A DNA stretch of 63,412 nt, the filler included, from Bigelowiella natans CCMP2755 (Eukaryota > Protista > Cercozoa): assembly GCA_000320545.1 (NCBI GenBank). It is 7 parts of 7 records of this genome, joined end to end, with 100 filler letters (N's around TTAATTAATTAA, not from the genome) between each part and the next. Parts side by side here need not be neighbours in the genome. Positions count along the whole stretch, not along the records: positions 25,210 to 45,893 come from ADNK01002154.1; positions 45,994 to 47,868 come from ADNK01000934.1; positions 47,969 to 50,307 come from ADNK01003558.1; positions 50,408 to 53,665 come from ADNK01003542.1; 3 more parts are not named here. One strand, given 5' to 3'. Positions 41,910 through 52,542 of this stretch are shown here, piece after piece. The notes beneath the pieces were generated by a model. That model saw nothing but the letters and a program-made list of their open reading frames with translations. It searched no databases and was not told where the DNA came from. The number at the start of each line of letters is the position of its first letter. Position 1 is the stretch's first letter. A program made the translations under genes and the position numbers.

Positions 41910-41965
41910 AGCTGCATTAGGATGACCATTGAAAAGATTTAACCACTTCACCACATCCGTCTCAT
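41910..41965. repeat. Dispersed 56-bp repeat, copy 1 (copy 2 at 51810-51864)
   Basis: AGCTGCATTAGGATGACCATTGAAAAGATTTAACCACTTCACCACATCCGTCTCAT aligns to the 51810 copy with 9 transitions and 1 gap. Confidence 0.85.
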
Positions 41966-42045
41966 ATTTCTAAAAATACATGGGTCTTATCAAAACATGG
42001 GGCTGCGTGGATGTGTACCGTGGCGCTGGCCCGCCGCTTATGAAT

Positions 42046-42614
42046 TTATTTCTTGGAGCAGCCATAGCTAGGATCTTGATCGAGTTTCTCCTTCAAATAC
42101 TCAAGCCGTTGGACGATCTACGGAAAATGGGATGTTTGATAAATTCATCAGAATGCATGGTATGGAGGTAGAGACACCGAGAGGGGAACAGCATCACGGC
42201 TAATACACCACGCGCTGTACCTATTACATGTCAAAAAATAAATTTCTCTCCTGCACTCTGGAGATCGATAAAAAGACGATAGATACATGCAGCCCCCATC
42301 ATCCTCGATTGCGATATTCCACATAAAAGTAAGAGTCCGTAGTAACAAGTCAGAGGCACTACCTCTTGCATGTCAGGGCGTTTTGCCGGTGATCTCTCCA
42401 ACATTCGATGGTAAAGCTGAACGAAAGGCCTAGGTAGCTGCTGCTTAACGGCACTGTTGATTTGCGGGAAAAGTCTCCCGGCGGTCACCTTTGCAATCAC
42501 CTGTTTTCCCGTTTTTGGAAACATCGTCAATGGGTTTGGTCCCCGGGAAGAAATGCTCAGCCGTTTTGCCATGCACGTACATTGGTGTGTGTGCGTGCGT
42601 GTGCATGCGTGTGC

Positions 42615-42653
<39 letters not shown>

Positions 42654-43269
42654 GTGCGTGAGGGAGGGAGATGACCATCATGGCTGACATGCCCTCGTAA
42701 GGCTCTGCGTTCTGGTTCAAGACCTATAAACAATGAAGAGAAACGAATATTCTTATCAATTTTCTCTCTCTCTCTATCCTCTATTGACAACCACATACGA
42801 TCAGCATCCAGGAGAATACGAAGGACAGCAAGCAGCAGCAGCAGCTACAAGATCGAAAGCTACCTCGGACCAAGCAACGGCTAGACTCCAGACGTCGGAG
42901 GCCTTTGAGAAATTCCCCTGATAAAGAACAATTAAGCAGCGTGGGAGAGGGAGAGGGAGAGGGAGAGGGAGAGAGAAGAGGAGAAAGCATACAGCACCAC
43001 CTTGGTTAATTACTAGCGTTACAGACTACTACTGTTATGATTACACTGTATACATCAGAACGCACACACATACACGCGTAATAGGATAGTAGGAGAAAGT
43101 AACACCGCTAAAGCCTCGGGGGCCATCCACCGAACCGGGTAGCTCTGCTTCCTCCCTCCCTTCTCGGTCCTTATCAGCATGCCCTTGGAACATCAATTAA
43201 TCAATCAATCAATCAATCAATCAATGGGTGAAGAAACATTGATTTTGAAAACGAGTAAACCATAAGAAT

Positions 43270-43318
<49 letters not shown>

Positions 43319-43341
43319 TATACGCTTACACAAATGTACAG

Positions 43342-43383
<42 letters not shown>

Positions 43384-44357
43384 TATTTATAAATATATTT
43401 ATTTATTTTATGCACCTGATTTGCTGCATTATTCGATTTGTCCTGAATTGTCACTGGGTTCCACCCGCTGACCACTAGTGAAAGAACGTGTTGGGAGCTC
43501 ATCAAAATGACAACAACCTTGTCTCTCTCCAACTTCTACAACTCCAAACACGCCGATTTGCGGGGGACAAGTCAAGAAAAGCCGCACCAGCATCATCATA
43601 ATTATTACCGTTATTATTATTATTATTATTATTATTATAATTATTATTTTTTAAACTAAGATTAGAGAGTAATTAGTACACAAAAACAAAACACCAAGAT
43701 GCACACACACACACACACACACGCAGCAGAATCATACCAGCTTTTCCGCTCTCATCAACGAGCAATTTACTGCTCTGTAGATTTCTGCATATTTCGCCGC
43801 AGTGGGTGAGGGGAGGAATGGGGAAGGAGGAAGGGGAGGGGGGGGGGCACGAGCAACATGAGATTAGCCAGGGGAAGATGAGAGGATGAGAAGAAGAAAA
43901 AGTGTGGTGAAAGACTATCGTTCGTTAGAGAAACCAAGCTTTTATGGGTGTATTGATGGTGGGGGGCAGTGTGTGCGGAGTAGTGATAGGGAAAAGACAA
44001 ACGAGGCATATTACTTGTGCAGAATCTGGTATTTGTGCAAATGCCCAACCCCCTGAATAGAATAAAGACGCGTATGAGACAACGACGACAAACATTGCAA
44101 TCATCAGATTCATCAGATACTCATGATGCAGATTTCCAGGTTCTAATACATTTACTTTCAAGCGGAGCTCGAAAGTATTAAAAGAGTAAAGCAACCATCG
44201 TTCCTTTCACTTCATAGTAGTAGCGGTGCTGTGTGTTATGTTGCGTGCTGTGTGAAGTAGCACCTTGGCCGATGGCAGCGCGATTTTTTCGATAAATTCC
44301 TTAGTAGATTGAACCTACACGAATTACCATGATACAGGCCATGCATCCATCGGTATT

Positions 44358-44430
<73 letters not shown>

Positions 44431-45782
44431 GTGACAAACTTACGAGAGCATCCGCTGCCTCCGTGTTGATGTACGCCTCCCGCACACTCTTCTTCGCATA
44501 CCACGGAGTAACCTACAAGGTGCGGCAAACCACCCACCCACCGCCACGAGCATATAGCCCCGCACAACCTCGTCAGGGTGAAGGGGGGACAACTATTGCA
44601 GGAAAACAAAAGGCCTCTGTATGATTCGGTGATGCAGGGATGCAAGACTCAATAATCAGCATGATTCTAGGATAATTCCTCTCTTCTCCTCCCCCTCTCC
44701 TCCTCCTCCTCCTCTTCTTCGGATTAGAGACCAAGAGGATGTAGTCTTGGACTACCGCCACGCCCAACAGCTCCACGCACTCATTGCAGATGGGTACTTT
44801 CCGCATGTTCTGTTTGTGTTTTTGTGTTGGTTTGTAGCAGCGGTTGCAGTAGTGGCAGTAGTAGTAGTAGTAGTAGGAGTAGGAGTAGGAGTAGCAGTAG
44901 TAATGGTAGTTGTGATGATGATGAAAAGGTGATACTCTGACGACGACGATTAAACGCAGTCAAGCAGGTGAGATATCATCGTTTTATCGTTACTATCTTC
45001 GTCATCATCATCATCACTACCTGTATCTCGTCCAAGCCTTCCTGATTTCCCGGTACGATTGTGCATAAAACCTAACGATACACACACACACACACACAGG
45101 GAGGGGGGGGGAGGTTAAAGCAGTGTAAATGACGACGGCTCTTAACGGCGATTCTTAAGGTGCTTGTCGCAGGCAGAAAGCACAGCAGCATCCATCTATG
45201 TTGTTGATTTGATGTTAGTACATCTGCAAACATGTGTAAGTGTGTGTTGCGTGTGTTGCGTGTGTGTGTGTGTGTTGGTTCCCGATTAATAATATTATTA
45301 CTAATATTACTAATATTGCTATTTTTTGATCGATCGTACCCTCTGGCCTTTATAAGTTCCTGCGACACTCTCTCCTACCATGCTACTTGTTATCTTAGGG
45401 AGGAGGAGGTGGTGGAGGAGGAGGAGGAGGAGAATTGAGTGAGCGATCATAGAACGACGACCTGGAGAGGAGAGAGGGAGAGAAGGGAGAGAAGGGAGGG
45501 GGCGGGGGGGAAGATACGAGAGCACAGAATAGAAGTCAACGATGTAGTACCATAACATCTTTGCCACCATCATTTTTATTATTCCCCATTATGTCAAAAT
45601 CCAGGTTGAGCTCGTCTCCTGGGATGTTCTCGGCTTTGGGGAAAGAAACGCCTCCTGACCCTGCGCGGCGGCGGGTGGACAAACGACGGAATCAGCAGCA
45701 GCAGCAGCAGGGCTATTTAGCAAGGTTGCACATGCGTGTGCTTTGCCTGTTGGTGTCTCGAAGAAGCGTGTGAATATATATA

Positions 45783-45816
<34 letters not shown>

Positions 45817-45841
45817 TAATATATATACAGTAACATATATG

Positions 45842-45893
<52 letters not shown>
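42046..45893 (-). CDS. Tyrosine-kinase-like pseudokinase (5' truncated by gap)
   Basis: Spliced VAGTYKGQR|VLCT; ELLGVAV...|VTPWY; GVGHLHKYQILH|KNLQSSKLLVD; KAVVSGW; YPVRWMAPE; FSKASDVWSLAV; EPYEGMS; KRPDMQE|IVQRL. Confidence 0.8.
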
Positions 45894-45993
45894 NNNNNNN
45901 NNNNNNNNNNNNNNNNNNNNNNNNNNNNNNNNNNNNNTTAATTAATTAANNNNNNNNNNNNNNNNNNNNNNNNNNNNNNNNNNNNNNNNNNNN

Positions 45994-46026
45994 TTTACAT
46001 ATATTTGTGTGTGTGTGTGTGTGTGT

Positions 46027-46066
<40 letters not shown>

Positions 46067-46240
46067 ATGGATTTTCGAGTAGTAATATACACCTTTTCAT
46101 ATAAGTGACGAATGTGTGCATAATAACCCAACATGCACGACGAAATTAGAGTGCTGGCCAGAATTCATTATCAACAAATCGATAAAAAGCTCTCAGCAAA
46201 TAATCCCCATCCTGTTCTTTCTCTCTCTTCTTCTTATTCT

Positions 46241-46274
<34 letters not shown>

Positions 46275-46597
46275 TCTTCTCTCTCCTCGCCCATGACTTG
46301 ATTCGATGAGGAGCTTGACAATATCCGTATGGTTTGATATTATGGCAGTGTGCAGGCAGCTCAATCCTACGCAATAACAACAACAACAACAACAACAACA
46401 TCGGCATCATCGTCATCATCGCTATCATCGTAAGTAGCAAGAACAACGAGGGCGCCGTAGACACGAAGACAGCAACACACATTGATAGCTGGGTGAAACC
46501 CAAACGATTTGTCGCTGTTTGTGCACGATGATCTATTCATCTCACCGGAGTCTGTTTCCGCTACATTCGCATCAGCGCCTGTCAGAATATAGGTATA

Positions 46598-46659
<62 letters not shown>

Positions 46660-46814
46660 ATTATCATATTCCTATATACAAATATGCCAATACGCAGAAC
46701 TTTCATTTTGCACGCGGCTGTGTTGATATGTACTTCACCTCTCGCCAGGAGGACGCGGGAGCAGTTGTAGTGGCCCTGTGCATACACAGCGCAATCTCAT
46801 CAGGCAGCGTGCGA

Positions 46815-46847
<33 letters not shown>

Positions 46848-47387
46848 TATTAGTAGCGTCTGGCGGTGACGTATGAGGAGAGGCGAGATGAAAAAATACG
46901 ACGCAAGGAGAGTTGGAAGGCCTTTACCCGCCAAAATATAGAGCACAGAAACCACCATAACATACCGAGAAAAGATTATGACTACTCTTCGTTACTATTA
47001 GTCTAATATGGTTTTCACAGCCCCCCCCCCACCCATCCCTCAATCACCTGGCCACACGAGTGGAAGAGCGCTGTGGAACCTGTTTTTATGGTGGATTTAG
47101 ACGATCACAACGGTGAAGATGATGGCGACGAGGCGGATGGCGGTTATGGTGATGAAAATGGAGGAGGACGTGACAACGATAACTAGGAAGATCAGCAGCC
47201 GTAGAAGATCAAGGCAGTGTCAAACACTTCTCTCTCTCTCTCTCTCTCTTTCTCTCTTCTCAGCATGCTACTCACCATATGAGTCCCTAGCATCGATGTC
47301 TTCAGCTCTATCAGACAACAGGTACGTGGCCTGCTCGTTCGATAAACAGCATTCACATATGTAATCGATACGTGTAATTCCACACGC

Positions 47388-47425
<38 letters not shown>

Positions 47426-47868
47426 GCGCGCGCGCGGGTGCACAGCAGAGACAGACAAACGATTCGCGCGCTGGCAAATGGAATTCGAATCTGTGTGTCC
47501 TATTCACATTCTTATGGTCCTTCATGCTGTGTGATAGCTCTGCTATAATTTGTATTCTCCGGCCCCTTAGAAAGGTTATCCCTCTACTTCGCAGCATTCA
47601 CATACAAAAGACTCCTCCTTCTCCTCCTCCTCCTTCTCCTCCATCATCATCATCATCATCATCATCCTCCAACATCATCATCATCTTCTTCTTCTTCTTC
47701 TTCTTCTTCTTCTTCTTGACGTTGACGAGGTGCGGGGGAGGGAGTAGAAACACTAATAACTAGCAGCAGCATCAGCAGCTACGGCTGCTGTTGAAGGAGG
47801 CAATCGGCCACAATCATAACCATGTTGCCGTCCTTTTCGGCCTTGGTGTCGGCGAGGACGTCGATGGG
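45994..47868 (-). CDS. Ankyrin-repeat protein fragment
   Basis: ATYLLSDRAEDIDARDSY|GSTALFHSCGQ|GHYNCSRVLLARG|ADANVAETDS|GLSCLHTAIISNHTDIVKLLIES. Confidence 0.8.
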
Positions 47869-47968
47869 NNNNNNNNNNNNNNNNNNNNNNNNNNNNNNNN
47901 NNNNNNNNNNNNTTAATTAATTAANNNNNNNNNNNNNNNNNNNNNNNNNNNNNNNNNNNNNNNNNNNN

Positions 47969-47985
47969 GATTCAACACAAACACA

Positions 47986-48021
<36 letters not shown>

Positions 48022-48486
48022 TCGAGGTATACTGAGCCCCGCAGGAATACTTGAGCTTGCCTATCACAACCCTCTCCATATCCATGCTGAATAATTGCAT
48101 AATTGGATTATCATTGAATTACTGAATCATCGAAAGGCAACTCCGGTCAGAGTTACTGCTCGGAATTGGAGGAAAAGAAGCAAGGTGAGGGGAATGGAGG
48201 TTGCTCTCAGCAGCTGGCGTGAGAGACAGGAAGCATGGACGATTTGATATCCCCGACCACTACCTTGCCGATTTATTGTGCAGCAATCTCCAGGCAAGAT
48301 CGTTTCTGTAGAACAAAACTTCAATTAAGTTGTCCTGTGAACGAATGGATGGATGAGGCAAAAGGAGGAGGGGGGAGGGGGGGAAGAGGGAAGAGGGGAG
48401 GGAGGGAGGGATGATGATTCGTAATAGAGGTTGTGGTGATGGTAGTGATGAGAAGCACAACCATGCTCACAACTCTTAACTAGTGT

Positions 48487-48523
<37 letters not shown>

Positions 48524-48822
48524 CTTGCTGCCTTCGTGACCACGTGTTAGATATTTATATATATATTCACCGTGAGATATCCGAAAAGAGCTACGAGCTG
48601 GGAAATCTCCTGATTCAGCTTCTCAGGCGGCGCCCCCTTCGATGCCTGTATTTGTGCAACTCACTGTCACAAATCATCACGTAGGCGCAGTAAGAGTAGC
48701 AGCCGTAGCAGAGTATTCTAATCTTATGTCCGCACCCCTCCTTTCTTGAGAAGATGGTGGAATCTCCCCGCGAGCATCTCCCCCACTGACACATCGTTCA
48801 CCTATCATGTTGGGGAGAAAGG

Positions 48823-48858
<36 letters not shown>

Positions 48859-49144
48859 CCAAGCAGAAAAGACCAAACTAGCCCCCCCTCCTGCTTTAGC
48901 CCACAGAGAGGAGGAGCAGGGCATCATCGTCGACCCCAAACGAATGCTGGCAATGTGCGTAGCGCAGTAGTAGCAGTAGTAAGTAGCAGTGATGGCAGCA
49001 GCAATGGTACCCTGCTATTGACGACGTCTTCCAAGGCCTCTTTTAATGACTTATGAAACAATGGGCTACCTGCATAATTATAATGATGATGATGATGATG
49101 ACGATATATCACATCTATAGCATCTGTATATTGATATCCTCATT

Positions 49145-49181
<37 letters not shown>

Positions 49182-50039
49182 CCTTGAAATGGTCCCTCCA
49201 CAAGGCCTAGGCAGTGTTCATGCAAACGAACAAGCTCTGCTACCACCCCATCCCCCCCTGCAGCCGCGGCGCTGTTTCTACTCGAGCTGCTTCTCCCTGA
49301 CGTTGATTGTAAAAGAAGAAGATCACGACAGATACCACCGAGAAATGACGTACACACACTATATACACTGAAACGCGTGCATATAGCACTGGCCATCATC
49401 ATCACCATCATCATCATCATCATCACGACGAATCATAATATTTGTTGTTCAGACACAAACCGCGAGGATCTCGCGCATCAGCCAAGATACGAGCGCCCTG
49501 TGATAGACAGCAGCAAAAAATGACGACGATGACCACAACCAATGAGCACCAATGCTCTGTCACTCCAATTTGCAGGCGCAAGGAGCGGCGCAGCATTAAA
49601 ACTACGACTCAAATGTTTCAAAACTCGATGAGCGGTCGCATAGGATTTATTCCTCCCCCCCCCCCCCCCCCCCCCCCCTAACACACACACGCAGACTGGG
49701 AAAGAGGACACCCCAGAGAGGACCCTGGTAGAAAAATGGTTACCCACGAATTGGGCGATATTGGCCAGGGAGGAATGGGCCGCACGGGCTGTAGAGCTTG
49801 TACAGCCGCGCCAAATCTTGTCTGAAGTAATGGTAATGCAACATACAGCAAAAGACGATGTAAAACACAACGCACACACCGCAACACACAGCAAAAAACG
49901 ATGTAAAACACAACGCACACACCTCCCCCTTACCGCTACCTCCCCTCTGCGATTCGAGGGCAGCAGCACGATACGGCGTATGTAAAGGCGAGCTCTCTCG
50001 CATCCTTCCAATGAGCGCTCACAGGAAGGAAAAAGACCG

Positions 50040-50081
<42 letters not shown>

Positions 50082-50307
50082 TCTTGTCTAGTTAGAACTG
50101 CTAGGATTGTCCATCATAGCCCTGCATCTTTTTCACACACACACACGCACGCACACACGCACGCGCGCACGCATGCATGGACGCACAAACGCACATTTTC
50201 GAGGGATTTAGAAGCGCGTGGGGGGCCCATCTGGCGCTTGAGGACCTCCATCTGACGAGGTTTTCAGCAGTTTTTGGCGAAACCACGGCCCTGATCACCA
50301 TTTGCAG
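47969..50307 (-). CDS. Cullin (CUL1-like) internal fragment
   Basis: DLARLYKLY; VAELVRLHEHCLGLVEGPF; LFHKSLKEALEDVVN; EMLAGRFHHLLKKG; LVALFGYLT; FYRNDLAWRLLHNKS; ERVVIGKLKYSCGAQYTSK are cullin-homology motifs. Confidence 0.85.
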
Positions 50308-50418
50308 NNNNNNNNNNNNNNNNNNNNNNNNNNNNNNNNNNNNNNNNNNNNTTAATTAATTAANNNNNNNNNNNNNNNNNNNNNNNNNNNNNNNNNNNNN
50401 NNNNNNNAAATCTTATCC

Positions 50419-51375
50419 TTACACCGGCGACCAAGTTATTTTTGTACTTTTGTTTATTTGTTTATATCTCAAATAAAATAGGCCGTCGTCTTGAAAGTCC
50501 CCGAACGCGTATTCCTCTCCGTTGGCGGTAATGCTTATTCCTTGTTTTGTTCCTTTGTACTCGCTGCCACTCTTAACTAGTCTGTTTAGAGAGATCACAT
50601 TGCCTGCAGCTTCTTCAGAGTACAAAGCTCCTTGTAGAACAATTTTGTGCATCTTTCCTTGCTTGTTTTTAGTAGTTAGTTTGACGTCGCCTGCATAATT
50701 CACAAAGAATCCTGTCCCATCTTTGCCAACTTCTATGTATCGTGGTTGAATAGGTTTCAACTCGTTGAAGAAGTCGCGGTCACAGAAGAAGTGGTTGTTG
50801 GCTCCGCTGTCGAGAAGGATCAAAGGCTTATGGTTGTACTTCAGCGTTTGCAGGTAAGAATTGTCGCGTGCCATCTTATTAATGTAAGAGGGTCTTTGGG
50901 AAGGGGAGCCATGATCAATGAAGGAATAGTGTTTTCCTTTGTTCTGCTTGCCTTCATCTCTCATCTTGTTTCTGCATTCCTTTTCCCAATGTCCTTTCTT
51001 GCCACAGTAATGACATTTTGTTCTTTTCTTTAAGTTCAAGAAATAGTCTTCTCTCTTTTGCTTCTTGGAATTGTCTTGATATGCTCCGCTGTTGTATCTG
51101 TTCTTTCCCTTTTTGAATTTTCTCTTGTAGGTATTCAGCTGACCTGTAAGTTCGTTTAGCCTTTTCTCCAAGCCATCGTACATCTTCACGTATTTGTGTT
51201 CTGCACTGGTGTGTCCTGCATTTTTCTTTGAAGGTCTCTGCCCGTCATCGAGCGATCGGGAGTTCATGTGGGAACGTATCATGTCCACTGCAGAGTCGAA
51301 GGTACCATCTTTCTTGTTGTTGATGACTGTAACTATAGTCTCGTATTTTTCGCTAGGTACAAGTCCTCGAAGTAG
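50419..51375 (-). CDS. Copia Gag (C-terminal part, zinc knuckle) and aspartic protease; N-terminus missing
   Basis: ORF 50419..51288 extends upstream in frame to LLRGL just after the PBS; CX2CX4HX4C and DSGA motifs. Confidence 0.88.
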   Translation of the reverse strand, partial: LLRGLVPSEKYETIVTVINNKKDGTFDSAVDMIRSHMNSRSLDDGQRPSKKNAGHTSAEHKYVKMYDGLEKRLNELTGQLNTYKRKFKKGKNRYNSGAYQDNSKKQKREDYFLNLKKRTKCHYCGKKGHWEKECRNKMRDEGKQNKGKHYSFIDHGSPSQRPSYINKMARDNSYLQTLKYNHKPLILLDSGANNHFFCDRDFFNELKPIQPRYIEVGKDGTGFFVNYAGDVKLTTKNKQGKMHKIVLQGALYSEEAAGNVISLNRLVKSGSEYKGTKQGISITANGEEYAFGDFQDDGLFYLRYKQINKSTKITWSPV

Positions 51376-51378
51376 AGA

Positions 51379-51389
51379 GGCTCATAACC
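51379..51389 (-). other. Primer-binding site complementary to the tRNA-iMet anticodon arm (half-tRNA priming)
   Basis: Minus strand GGTTATGAGCC directly after the LTR end; plus strand GGCTCATAACC equals the iMet anticodon stem-loop. Confidence 0.8.
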
Positions 51390-51747
51390 TTTTAGCGGAC
51401 TAGCGGTAGCTGTTTGGCTTTTGTGCGCGGGACTGTGCTGTTGATGTTGGAAAGTCAACACGCGGTCTCGTGTGCTTTTGGATTCTGATGATGACTTGTG
51501 ACTTGCGCTGCACGCATGTGCGCATTGGGTTCCGGCGCATTCGCGAAGATTCTCGAATCTTCCAGAATTCTCTCGAATTCTCTCGAGTGTTTCTGGAAGG
51601 TTCTCGAAGCTTCCGGAATGTTCTCGAAGATTCTGGAAGTTCTGAGAACTTCCATGCGCATGTGCGCAGCGCAGCGTGCAGCACGAGTGGACGTGCGCAT
51701 GCTGCGACAGCTCCTTGATCGTGGGTGGCGCGGCCAGACCGCTGACA
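51390..51747 (-). repeat. Copia 5' LTR (about 358 bp)
   Basis: Starts TGTCAGCGGTCTGGC and ends GCTAGTCCGCTAAAA (imperfect terminal inverted repeat, 11/15); abuts the PBS. Confidence 0.7.
51540..51650. promoter_or_regulatory. Heat-shock-element array (TTCnnGAAnn, about 11 units) in the copia LTR
   Basis: TTCgcGAAga TTCtcGAAtc TTCcaGAAtt ... TTCtgGAAgg TTCtcGAAgc TTCcgGAAtg TTCtcGAAga TTCtgGAAgt; canonical alternating nGAAn pentamers. Confidence 0.8.
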
Positions 51748-51809
51748 TGAAGCACGTGGTGGCAGAAACCAACAGATGCAACATTAGCGCTGTAGCCGCT
51801 GCATTGCAC

Positions 51810-51864
51810 AGCTACATCAGGATGACCATTGAAAAAATTTGATTCTTCATTGCATCCGTCTCAT
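51810..51864. repeat. Dispersed 55-bp repeat, copy 2 (copy 1 at 41910-41965)
   Basis: AGCTACATCAGGATGACCATTGAAAAAATTTGATTCTTCATTGCATCCGTCTCAT. Confidence 0.85.
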
Positions 51865-52542
51865 GTACATGCAGAACAGCACACTAGTGCATCTGCTTGT
51901 GCACTGTGCCGCTAGGGTGCGCTACATGCATGCTGCCAACCTGCACATGCGCATCTTGCTGTTGTGTGTGATGAGGGAAATGAAGAGGAAGGAAAATGCA
52001 AACTAACGGAGTGCACGATGTGACGATGATGAGACGACGAACGAGCGTGCAACGACTACGTCCAACCATCAATGTCTCGTAAATTCTAGTTGATCGTTCT
52101 GGAGGACAAAGTCGATGCAGAATCCAATGTCATTCCTCCCATTTTTTAGCTCACATCGATGTTTTTAGATTTGTGTTTGGGCATGTTCATTTCTGTCATC
52201 CATCACAAGAGACCGTGCATGCTGCACCTTCGAAAACACTGGGTGATCCGTCCATCCGTCCCCTACAAACATGAACACACAGGTACACTCCGTCATGACT
52301 TCTTGAAAAATGTGTGCCACAAATGTCGAAACGCCTTTGCATTTGCAGATCGCAATGTCATTGGCACACCCGCAGACACCCACTCACGCATGTGGCATGC
52401 GACGACGAGCGAAACTTCTTCAACGTTGAGTGCAGTGGAAACAAATGTCCGAATTATTTGTCAAAATAATGTGTGATGTGTGGGTAAATTGTGAAATATC
52501 CACCATTTCAATGCAAAGCTCGTGCGCACACATGTGCATGCA

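Larger units (their letters stand above)
50408..51747 (-). mobile_element. Ty1/copia LTR retrotransposon, 5' part (LTR, PBS, truncated gag-protease)
   Basis: Gag LLRGLVPSEKYETIVTVI, CCHC knuckle CHYCGKKGHWEKEC, copia protease LLDSGANNHF...GNVISLNRL; PBS at 51379-51389; LTR 51390-51747. Confidence 0.92.

Noticed and set aside
46146-46212. DGDYLLRAF as an SH2 signature
   Set aside because: Runs into a stop without a donor site and follows a (GAA)n tract; most likely intron
42046-47868. Ankyrin repeats plus pseudokinase as an integrin-linked-kinase-like gene
   Set aside because: The two parts lie on different contigs separated by a linker; other linkers clearly join unrelated genes, so the fusion is unsupported without reads
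49845-49923. About 44-bp tandem duplication (also 16 bp x2 near 34484 and 11 bp x2 near 37800)
   Set aside because: Local slippage duplications in intron or spacer DNA; no TSD/TIR or further copies seen
51540-51650. CRISPR-like or coding repeat (ORFs 51333..51809 etc.)
   Set aside because: 10-bp period with no spacers, no cas genes, eukaryotic LTR context; better explained as an HSE array
51810-51866. SECIS element or C/D snoRNA for the 56-bp hairpin repeat
   Set aside because: The ATGA/GA quartet is out of register and the 3' GA is missing in the 41910 copy; no proper C and D boxes
52159-52476. ORFs between the two LTRs as a cargo gene
   Set aside because: Cys/His/Met-rich composition typical of deaminated DNA, stops in homologous-looking frames, no recognisable domain, and located outside both LTRs
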